Part shown: positions 15,001 through 20,500 of the stretch, in pieces
Layout: each line of letters opens with the position of its first letter
How positions within the stretch are numbered: position 1 is the first letter of the stretch
DNA from: Flectonema sp. DT1601
Taxonomy: Eukaryota
Length of the DNA: 64,000 nt
Assembly: GCA_964019425.1 (NCBI GenBank)
Contig: OZ025782.1
Location: forward strand, 1,364,001 to 1,428,000
Direction: 5' to 3'
The notes under the pieces: model-generated
Seen by the model: the letters and a program-made list of their open reading frames with translations, nothing else
Databases searched by the model: none
Told to the model about the DNA's origin: nothing
Program-made: the position numbers and the translations under genes

Positions 15001-16272
15001 ATCAGCGTTGCACGCATCTCTAGCCTTGTTAGTCGACGGGCAGTATGCATCAACGCACACTGCTGGAGACTTCGTCAGGTCCCAGTCACAAAGCAAGTCC
15101 GCTTCGCAGTTTCCTTCGTTGTCGTGAGCGTGGCATCCGTCTTCTACACATGTCGCAGGGTTTTGGCTGTCGTCCCACTTGCAGGATCCGGCCGGCTGGT
15201 GTCCCTCACACGCACCAATGTTATTATACACATGACATCCGGCGATCAACACCTGCGTTCCGTACACGTCATCCGGGTTCATACAGAGGTCTCCAACTCC
15301 TCCCCATTCGCAAACGAATCCCTTGATGTTGTCGTGTCCGTTTGGGTAGTCGTTCCACGTACCATCTGCGTAGTAGTGCCCGTAGTCTTCTCCAGTAGTA
15401 GCACAGGTTCCCGCACACGGTCTGGACCATTCGTTCGGTTCACCAGATCTCCAGTTGGTAAACGCTCCATTGGCTATCCGAAATCCAGAACCTCTTCCGG
15501 TTCCGATCAGCATACCCTTACCACAGTCTGCTCCAGTGCACGGTGTCTTCGACTCAGGAAGTGGATATCCGAGGTCGCACGCAGAACGCTGTGGCCCAGT
15601 CACCGCTGTATTGTATGGAGGGCAACCTTCTGGACCTGTCAGCCATCTCCATTCTCCTTCCTTAGCTACGTCACCACTTCCAATCCATCCCTGACCGTGA
15701 AGCTTTTCCGAGGCGATCTTTTCTTCCTGCGCATCAGTAATTGTGATCAGGTAACCTACCAGACCAAGGATGTCTTGGCTTTTCGAAGCGCACTCGGCTT
15801 GACCCTGGTCCCAATGACACTTTCCAGCGTTCCCCTGCGCATCCACACATCTTGAGTTGTACTCGTAAAAGTGTCCTGTTGCAGTTGAATACATCGCATG
15901 ACCAAAGTTGTACGTGACACGGCGGGAAGCCCCATTTCCCGAAGATGTCTTGAATTCGATCGATGCCAAGGCCGCTGCATATTGGGAGATTGTCGCGGTC
16001 CCTGAAAGAGTCATGATACCCGTATCAGCATCAAAGTTAGCAGTAATAGGACTAGTGCAGGCAGTGCATTTTAAGGTGTCGGCTCCCTTAACATACCCTT
16101 CCTCGATGTCCATCACAGCTCCCGATATGGTTGTGCTGCAGTCGCATGCCCCGGACGTGAATGTGATTTGGTTGCAATCAACATCCGGAAACGCAGTCAT
16201 TGCAACGCCCTGTTCATACTTCAGGCCGCTGCTGGCTCCTAAGATCCCTAACAACAGAACGAGTTGCCTCAT
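1..16272 (-). CDS. 5' part (first 5,424 codons) of another copy of the same giant gene (copy A); runs off the window start
   Basis: 1..16272 matches 38575..54846 at a constant offset of 38,574, with the ATG at 16272. It is missing from the ORF track, presumably because its stop lies outside the window. No frameshift seen. Confidence 0.93.
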   Translation of the reverse strand, partial: MRQLVLLLGILGASSGLKYEQGVAMTAFPDVDCNQITFTSGACDCSTTISGAVMDIEEGYVKGADTLKCTACTSPITANFDADTGIMTLSGTATISQYAAALASIEFKTSSGNGASRRVTYNFGHAMYSTATGHFYEYNSRCVDAQGNAGKCHWDQGQAECASKSQDILGLVGYLITITDAQEEKIASEKLHGQGWIGSGDVAKEGEWRWLTGPEGCPPYNTAVTGPQRSACDLGYPLPESKTPCTGADCGKGMLIGTGRGSGFRIANGAFTNWRSGEPNEWSRPCAGTCATTGEDYGHYYADGTWNDYPNGHDNIKGFVCEWGGVGDLCMNPDDVYGTQVLIAGCHVYNNIGACEGHQPAGSCKWDDSQNPATCVEDGCHAHDNEGNCEADLLCDWDLTKSPAVCVDAYCPSTNKARDACNADNLGPCYWNANNPAGAECQKRVCGDISDKCDCLAASPDCIWDSANNHCVDPNVQCPPVDISFLLDGSGSMDARFGSHAVGFYGMMEEMRDFLHTAELAPSSTSTYGIRASLVQFGKPGEAQTAQNSPPAPAGFVNCKPWVAVAGTTQGAALSGNYASLSNDVTFHENFFCRRWSQGKTILAPALQVAYDTFQNSGQARKKIVMIITDGALHDRDSDIRTIEDKLKNDHDAQIFGVVVRKATGHTRQDLQAEAKLKPLVSDPQDDHFLNVDLDHFKEQVLDQICDSTSVFGRGIAAGTVTVPSGCAPKGSETDCMADLNCKWDASITPSCTQSDCYPLCSETDCKAHPGCLWDNGDCKREQPGCSGKDEAQCKTDKDCLWNAMWATNKCIDDPCRVHENEQPCEAVAVEMGAPCNPPAGDPDYCFLSVCEYDPSKTPKCYPKKCLHTKEGDCNAEDGCEWVPVQTPPPPGPPSTLVEYCAEKICQYVSDTTCNADTKCQWDTALDKCVERPCVKHPDAGSCNADTACHWDTTGTPPVCTQTPCGGYPTQPACQNDDKCMWQTNANPAYCAVKTCDKYNNPKDECKCNEDPDCTWVADPNNPHCAIPSLSQCPDLDVAFVIDGSGSMWRSFGRHAHGYTALLEMLRDWVKTLPLTGEDHTVRQNSAVTGGTFRITFIQFSKANARPDEDHPTNCAIGQCTDGMLSGNLQELMGDIDWHEANYQRQWTYIHDALQDVADHTFLPQNSPPHRKHIVVIIADGGLTDINGDACSARNSCNQCPFGCDQLWQPTYPGMLDKAQQDLRKENVIVFGVVMRRFTGRTYQDDYAELRLKPLVTDPKDDHFLNLQLDEIPSQLLNVFCDPSSPIGKSLIPPVDSTHFPCATWGFKDECNADKYCEWKQPKLSKCDSPTGCPELNCRAVPSQYAGIYQCANCKLQRATVICGAGVVSAIDGTCSATHCKECCEKDCCDKDPACSWSGTPKECTRKVCEHTDKTNCEGDADSLCQWDDNTRDCSKKPCAAIFVQDACLNKTDCLWDTGVDPPVCLQIPTCDGKSQADCLADPQCVYNCSLPTECRDSRCQYTITATCGVDSNCEWVNGACSERPCTYTAQQPCDAAGCENCKWNTRSQQCEVDKCKVHTTQNNCDQDPLCMWDGTTPCTTDYCPSFGDDIVACDHDPRCHWNTTTAPASCQPTECTVAYNTKYPPASTVDARCSSDPNCKQGSDGNGTYCEKTRCGDLTNCDCTKNPDCYWDSTTNPKCRDVHVSACPDLDVVFVLDGSGSMSARFGNHPHGYFGMVEMLRDWMQTLPLTGEDHTVGQQSSVIGGTFRLAFVQFSRTDAYWVCKNNGQGCTLGTRGCRAPAPAGTCTDGELSGDLSELNVDLDWHETNYMKSVTYMAKALEDAVHVFQGSPSHRQHVLIVITDGAMNPKEPQSSSEIPAIRQSLDNMDVITFGVVVRKSAAHTKADLDAEKTLKPITSDPHDDHFVNVPLDDMLDEVFKDFCDPAGRFGAAILAHQNQGGNTPPPATGAVVPCSKWGVKLECRADQACDWQDVVPQKCAAAEGCLNLNCLELSATQKAAGFVCENCMLAGGSVACTAGARNTASGMCVTTECEKHCLKPDCDLATGCFWDQDKCQREVCKHPAQQDCVQDDLCDWNTTKVPAECDPKDCQHFAPGPCNADDKCKWDAPTGTCNPTKPDCKEIKDEQKCLADPSGLCDWDCVSDSCINKVCLFTDQSSCENQLNVPRCEWGDGANPLCHKKRCTTTTQAECLADTACNWDGTTCSETKCYPHADEVSCNRDTDCHWDAVGCGLCAEKYCFDTHANKDSCNSDQKGVCRWDVANNKCVDKVCSDYNSNLFPNDFICPCKEDPRCIIDRSSGSAVCVDQKYSSCPDLDVVVSFDASCSMDKTFGRHPSGFDALMEVMRDWVQKVPLTGEDSTKGINSNVKGGKLRVAFNSWDTGVRVAQCPTCSCNPNSGVTKGDGIPSLSIITGTTPTVADTCGKLTGDRTQLLADLDWYEGEALRCQTKVKEAEEWAGEIFKESPASRQKVLLIITDGRIMDKDELGPAGQVLAAEGVKVFGILLRRQATATTRDLANLATLKEIVSTPKATHALSLQVDEALSIMDGFCDPNSPFGTYITQGSSSQVTSCSQIGALASCDSEKTCKWNSISLKCEDHPCFSNCNENNCTNDPNNKCLWNTNGDTCEKAVCTDYQNQLDCKANNCQWDQAKNPACFEPECDATTEDACVNLGEKCMWDTSLQPPDCVKTPCYYNKTECVADPDCQWDDVCSDPVDQKCVPKRCILDSHKTQAGCQADIFCVWSQQLTCEPAPCVNYPDEKCCDHDDSCHWDVSQAPAVCKQKYCPSTYPSAAHLDPCNADGLCMWNSTTNECVDKVCNKMEECACKEDPDCFWSGVKCADKKYGECPVMDIILLLDGSGSMSRNFGRHPHGFFALVEILRDWVKTLPLTGEPAASPTPGGPVTGGVRLGFVQFSGKNRGWPWPWSSGRSNAIETSGNTGTGGHLSGLEREINDDLDWHENNYLGKGTMIQLGLEMVGDMFDRSHKVSSRKRILIIITDGRIYDPDVLSPARQVLDQEQVQTFGIVVRRQSGHTKADTDAEKTLKPITSDPHDDHFQNLQIDEIASQVFADICDPNGVWGHLIVTSTNAPGQSGVHKPCDHYTDTHECTQDSGCVWDAASAACADSPCTAHCHNPECTADTLNLCVWNTTTGDCWKTTECAYTTKAECQKSPEKCVWDDVKKCEKEKCTPNTNLQDCLDDPDTCEWINVNGKDQCVEKKCQYPDQNTCKTDPNCDWSADACNGTAQSCKEILCTHTTAGDCTADSRCSWDATGVVGICKENLCAKYLDERCCDHKDACKWDITVTPPVCGDKKCPKIDNKNTCNNDTDCLWDDTNNKCTDLDCSKYPTRCPCDKNSKCYWKPGAGLNGQGQCVAIEFGECPTIDIAVIIDGSGSMSSTFGSHPHGFYALVEMLRDWVTKLPLNGEDATVGLNSAPNNAGVRVAFVQFSGKNYRRSEAKAASGSGTTNGRLSGVLGELDADLDFHENNYYKKGTMIEKALTMAGDIFHGSPVDGRQRVLFIFTDGRIFDEQSLAPARAELDREGVQTFGIVVRKRDQHTKADLDAEKTLKPITSDPHDDHFQNLMIDDIPDLIGSICDPNGPWGHLIVKDPPKPTTGVHHPCPDYVTETPCEQDAGCVWSDVGGLCVNSPCLLHCLEPDCRNDKGNNCTWDSQNATCSKAEDPTCPCKFDTTDAKYNEQQCNADVRCTWESNKCIYDECKTKGAGCTGVGQSCTDPNKEPCSPDDYVCECIPPSTVFPAGTPPSQQPAECRLDECVASCPTCANDTCTALGQTCNDPNPTMTHHSDWTCTCPPPSTGKATAAAADCKLDECVVDCRTCGKCTDGQTCFDPNKGATATSDWMCVCPPPSNNTQVTGQANCSIDECTLHKDICTNVGQQCVDPNPLQQGDWKCECLPPTNGTMTAGPAVCLLDECEKDCPTCEKDVCKGAPTGEQKCNDPDKTATSTGDWTCECIPPMTGVGVVAPAHCKLDECIKVCPTCANDTCSSQNQTCHDPNHDATSLSDWVCKCPPPATDIAVAAAATPCEDDECHDPNNEKVCTAAGQVCVDDDKKTRGTWECECIVPPAVAAMRGQQVPAQCEYPGECATSNDAKMKCTDLGFVCDDPNPMVAGDWVCMCAPPATGTNVTLGTPTDCVLDECVVTCPTCAQTDTSSTNVCSAEGQRCVDNNQSHTDLGDWTCECIPPQVGTPAVAAPAKCQLDECVAVCPTCAQTQQGGPSTCTAAGQTCEDPDRSVDSTSDWTCTCVNPGRGVATAKLADCVCDECRNNTICLVAGQTCYDAKKTCPPEDDFKCECPPPTSGVMTASAATCTVDECVENEATCKQVGQTCRDQNTTKLNDWECLCPPPSVGIAITQQAKCVLDECVQTCPTCAGTTCSDVGQECEDPNMTPQSTNDWLCKCQPPSTNVATGKPAKCEEDECDTNGFKCTADCRAGSLNCQQTCFDPNTTVSSKDDWRCVCPPPSSDFAIAKAAECTNDPCKHDNEQTCLADPEGCEWKDLPTPGCTRKPCLHDKQSDCAADPVCDWATGSGKAGNLANQLSFEKDVPVKPFDGLACETPGSWKNGCSCATTIGSNVLPGAIVDIEDGYYNNGKDTLTCVACKALGLTAEWHAQSGMLSISSGTAADLAKAIASIEFSTSADNTGKRRITWNYGHGFFSSHTGHYYHFFPKSTCPGGACKWSEAQDQCALGSNKILGLLGYLITITSETEDEVARKKLEGQGWMGATDRHQESTWSWVTGPEGLAGGCVYTPTTSSCDIQNEAGLPFGQGTAGNFVLRVDAATGKNMYANWAGAEPNNWSGPCPGSCATDGEDYAHFLSPSGEWNDYPGDHHHIDGYICEWGGVGEMCVAVGDATGVTDLVPGVCVEKVCVNDTETDCKANPKCEWLGGNVEPCVVAPCVENPNEKECDKDPVCHWDVTVSPSLCKEKVCNKNKDPTTCSAKDDCVWDDGANRCVDKECDPFDRCDCKAEPRCFWDTSSGAGKCVESRYGQCPTLDVVLLVDGSGSMSQNFGRHPNGFYAMMEMIRDWVKTLPLTGESHQVGINSTAPNGGMRMGVIQFSGIPISGGTAIDKAAIRTPIGVGSFGSLTGKLTELQADIDYHEANYLQAGTYINQGLGWAGDMFRASPVGRKRVLIIITDGAIKDDDKLSAARATLNQESVEVFGVVLRRQATHTAVDTAAEEKLKPITSDPHDDHFENLIIDELPATVLNGLCDPNSKWGALLMPGAAAQNQSGVHKPCPQYVDQVLCTADPGCLYSSVGLECVDSPCVQHCNQTQCTADTLNDCFWNASVVGLEGCWKNPLCSYQDAATCEKDPKCDWNQTKTDCEERICNQPTEAECDLDPKGCEWDGLQQTCVEKPCKQTNASACNSDVLCEWDACDGVTDGAQCIKKRCVAAPGNPALTEQDCNAD

Positions 16273-16305
16273 TCTAGTATATCGATGTGAAAAACTGCTC
16301 TCAGC

Positions 16306-16540
16306 GGCAATGTTTAACAGTTTTGGTTTTTCTCCTTAACTTTCAGGATCAGAGGTTTTCCTTTCCTAAGATTTTTTTTTTTTTTTTTTACGGTTTTTTT
16401 TTTTTTTAGATCGTATTTACTGAGGAGGGGGGAAAATTTTGATACGATACGAAAAGATTTATCTGGGAAGAATACTGCAGGTCTTTGCACAAAAAAATAA
16501 AAGTACCGTCACCATGAAACAGGAGGCGTTAAACATTGCC
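16306..16540. repeat. Perfect 13-bp inverted repeat just upstream of the start codon
   Basis: GGCAATGTTTAAC (16306..16318) and GTTAAACATTGCC (16528..16540); also at 54880..54892 and 55102..55114. Confidence 0.75.
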
Positions 16541-16581
16541 TGGTTTCTTTGGCGGAGGCCGATCGTATTTACTGAGGAGGG
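16409..16581 (-). promoter_or_regulatory. 21-bp direct repeat; each copy reads as a pyrimidine tract plus CAG on the coding strand (candidate splice or trans-splice acceptors)
   Basis: GATCGTATTTACTGAGGAGGG at 16409..16429 and 16561..16581 (also 54983..55003 and 55135..55155). The repeat is seen directly; the function is inferred. Confidence 0.4.
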
Positions 16582-17346
16582 AGGAGGGGGGGGGAAATAG
16601 CATTAAAAAAAAAAAATCAACTCTCACTCAACTGACAGACTGTTTCGTTCGACAACAGTGTTTGAGGATATTTCTTATCAGCTCTACATTCTTAGGGCGA
16701 GAAACTGTAATAAATTAATGTTCTATCTCCAAGTGTTCCAATGTTGTAATATCTGTAAGTAAATTATAGATAACAATTATTTTTATTAGATTTCAATACA
16801 AACTTTGGAACTTTGGGCACAAACACCCAAAACGATGGAAACGTACGATTTCAGGAAAACAAAAAAAAAGGGAATAGATGAATCAACGATCTTCTTTACG
16901 AATGAAAGGAAAGAGCATTTTGCCCACGAAATCTTATAGCTGCGTATTTCCGGGATAAAAGAGGGGGAAAAAGATGGGGGAAAACGAACACAACTTCTTC
17001 GATAGATAATAATAATGCATGTCCACAATACCAACACAAGGGAGTTCATCAACCATAAAGCATCATCTGGGGACGTTATGACGTAGCCTGTCAGAATTTT
17101 GCCGACACCGACAGTTGGCTTAGATGACACAACGATGATCTTCAGGTTGAGCGTACCTTCACTCGGATACTGTGATCATCTTCTAATCGATATGAAATTA
17201 TAACCACAAGGACGTCAAAAAGTAAATGAAGGAGGGGGGGGGGGGATTCACAAATGGTCAGATCACTAATTCAGCGATACGACCGGTTTTTAACAACTCA
17301 GCGCAGCTGCATTGCCCATAATAGAACATTGCATTGAACAGAGAGA

Positions 17347-17386
17347 GGGGCCTGGGATGGGAGTAGGGTGGTGGGGGGGAGGAGGG
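17347..17386 (+). other. Potential G-quadruplex-forming sequence
   Basis: GGGG-cct-GGG-at-GGG-agta-GGG-tggt-GGGGGGG-agga-GGG matches the (G3+N1-7)3G3+ pattern. A diverged variant lies at 56223..56262. Confidence 0.55.
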
Positions 17387-17420
17387 TTAACATATTTTTG
17401 TTGTTCTCGTTTTTCGATTC

Positions 17421-17451
<31 letters not shown>

Positions 17452-17565
17452 TAGTTGTTTCGATATTTTGTTGATTTCTTTTTAAGGAATCAACTCACTT
17501 CGTAGACTCTTGGGAGTTAAATAAGAGCTTGTATTCATTTCTTTTTCTGTCGTCTTTTTATGACA

Positions 17566-20500
17566 TCACTTATCGGAATTACGATCCGCGTTAACGTTTC
17601 CGTCATCGTCACGGAGCATGGTCTTGTTTCCATCCTCCATGTCGAAGTCGTCGAACTTCCTGTTCTTGTTCTGCTGATCGAGGGCGGCATTCTCGTTTCT
17701 TGACTTAATTAGTGAATACACCATAAAGGCGATGAGGGCAATAATTAAGATCCACAACACTAAGATAAGTGCAGCTGGAAGGCAGGCCTCACCAAGTTTT
17801 AATCCTTCACAACAAGCTTCTCCGGCATTCGTTTGTGGAGCACCACGGGCTCCCGCATCGTCGTTGAACTCCTCGAGAACTTCTAGCTGACTGATTCTGC
17901 TTCCGGACCTATCATGAGTCTCTACAGGTGCCCATTTCCCTCCATCAAGCGCGTAGCAGAGGGTGTACTCTCCTGAAATCTTAGCCGTCACATTCATCAA
18001 CAGCTCCATGCCGACTTCCGGTTCGAGCATAGGGTTCTTAGCCGCCGCGGCCTGGCAGGTGTCGTGAATAGTAATTTGACTTCCGTCCTCCATACAGTTG
18101 GCAACTGAGGCAGAGCAGTCTAATCCCTTCATTAAAGCGAGTTGCCCCGGCTTCTCTTGAGGGAAGCAACCGTGAACAATGACAGTGAACGGCTCATCCT
18201 TCACCGGTTTATTAGGGTACGCCGTGTACCAGTAAGCTCCACCCGGTGCACACATGCGGAGGCTGCAGTCCACACCTCCCCAACCAGCGTCGCAGGCACA
18301 CATGTTGTTGTTCGTACAGTCTCCCTTTCCACTGCAGGTCGCTTCGCGGTCGCACACTACACAGTTTCCGGCAACCTCTACGAAGTCACACTTATCGCAG
18401 TTCTTTCCAGACATTCCTGGAGGACACTGCTTGCACGCCGCAGGATCGACGCACGAGGTTTCGTTCCACACGCAACCTTCGGCCTCACACACTGTCACGT
18501 TATACGACGGGCAACCTCCCACAACACACTCACTTCCTGTCCATTCACATTTGCCATTTGAACGCACAGTGCAGGTTTCCTCAGTACTCCACTCAGAACA
18601 AGGGAGACTGGTGACACACTTGTTGACATCCCAGGTGCACCAGTTCATCTGGTCACAAGCCGGTTTGCCAGCGGCGTCTTCGCACCCGTCATTCTTTTTG
18701 CACGTCGCTTCTTCCCACTTGCATCCCTGGGCATCATCGCAAGCCATGTTGGAAAGTATCGCGCACCTCGTTCCGCAGAGTGGCTGTGTGACTCCTGCCG
18801 GTAGGGCAGCACCTTCGAACCACTCGCAGTTGTCGTTGTCGGAACAAGTGTTAATCTGTGAGTACTTGAAGCAGCCATCCCCATCCTTACACACTACATT
18901 GGTGGCATCCCACTCGCATCGTAGCGCAGGTGCACGGAGCCTCTGACAGGTTGTGGCGTCCTTATAGATCGGGCAACCAGTTCTGTCCTTGCATGTTGTA
19001 CTAGCTGCGTCCCACTCACACGCCAAGTCGTTGATGCATTTCGGTTCCTTTTCGTAAATTGCGCATCCCTTCGGGTCTTCGCAGCGTGGTGTGGTTCCGT
19101 TGGTACCGTCTACCCAATCACAGCGTGCAGCCTCACATTTCGTGCTCTCCACCCAGATTCCGCAGTCCTTATCGATGCATACCCCGCTTGGTGCCCACGT
19201 GCAGTCCTGTAGCTCACACTCACCCTGTTCTGGATACAAACCGCATCCTTCCACGTCGTCGCAAGTAGAGGTAGCTGTGTTCCATACGCACTCCGCAAGG
19301 TCATCGCATTTTGGCTTCGTTCCAATCACGCCGCACTTCGAGCGCTCTTCGCACAATGGCTTCGCAGCGTTCCAGGAGCACGTGTGGTCAGTGATGCAAG
19401 TTGCTTCATCCTCCAACGCATAGCAACCGACGTTCGGCTTACACAGTGCTGCCGACAACGCGCTCGTCTCCCAGCGGCAAGACTCGGCGTCCGTCGTCGA
19501 CTCACATGCCCCCTGGGTAGTGAATTTGCACACCTGCTTCTGGCAGCTTTGAGCAGTCGCGTCCCAACCGCATCTCTCTGCAGATGGCGCTGCGACACAC
19601 TCATTCTCTTGGCAGAAGGTCGGACACACGCTTCTCACACACTTGTTGGCTGCCCACTTGCACAAGCTGTCTACCTCGCACCCAGCCGCTGTGTCCCATT
19701 CCTTGCAAGATCCCTTGTGCAGTGACTCTCCATGTTTCGATACGTAGTATCCGAACGCCGTCGCCTCATTGCACAACCCTTCAAACACGTTTGCGAGGTC
19801 GGACATTTGGATCGACTGAAAGTGGGAGTCGACTGGCTCTGTCACCATCGACTTTATTGTGTCAGCTGCCGATGTGATCTCTGTGCTCTGTGTGGCGAAC
19901 CTCCTCACCTGGATTCCGAATACGGTTGCTCTCTGTGACTCGAGCCTTCCTCGGGTCGCTGTCATCATGTTCGAATCAGGAATAGCTCCGTCTGCTATTA
20001 CTATCACGACCTTCTTTCTGTCCGCCGGTGAGTCATCAAACATCACACTCGCCATTTCCATCGCCTGAGATGCGTACGAGTCTGCAGAGCTGCTTGCCTT
20101 GAACTGATCTTCGTGCCAGTGGAGGTCATCCGCCAATTCCGCACTCGCTCCGGAGAGTAACCCCTTTGTTCCCTGACTAGTGGTCCTCTTTGCTTCACCA
20201 CGTGCCATAAATTGCGCAAACCCAATCCTGAACCCATATGAGCGTGCAGAAGCCGTAGCCACCCCACTCGCTTCTTTGACAGCGAGAGGCAGTGTATTAA
20301 CCCAATCCAACAGCAGCTCAGTTACTGCGAGGAATCCGTGCGGGTGACGTCCGAACGTCTCAGTCATGCTCGTTGATCCATCCAACAGAATTACGATGTC
20401 GACAGCCGGGCAATTCGCGTATAAAGAAGCGATGCATGTATCGTTCCTCCACATGCAACCGGAAGTCTGTCCGCATGCACACGAGCTGCTGAATCTCTTG

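Larger units (their letters stand above)
1..17230. repeat. Near-identical segment, repeated at 38575..55804 (period 38,574 bp)
   Basis: Shadow ORFs recur at +38,574 (e.g. 141..632 and 38715..39206). Differences seen: 5881 C/44455 A, 11762 A/50336 G, 13513 A/52087 G, 16507 C/55081 T. Confidence 0.97.
16273..17565. other. Intergenic spacer 1 (1293 bp)
   Basis: AT-rich with long T, A and G homopolymer runs. Lies between the stop of copy B and the ATG of copy A. Confidence 0.9.

Noticed and set aside
16372..16409. Poly-T ending in AG on the + strand, as a splice acceptor or terminator
   Set aside because: It is antisense to the gene, has no credible downstream + strand exon and no preceding GC hairpin.
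16786..17130. 114-aa hydrophobic ORF in the spacer (also 55360..55704)
   Set aside because: GTG start. Its Phe/Ile/Ser richness follows from AT-rich homopolymeric DNA, and identity between spacers is no evidence of selection. It cannot be fully excluded without expression data.
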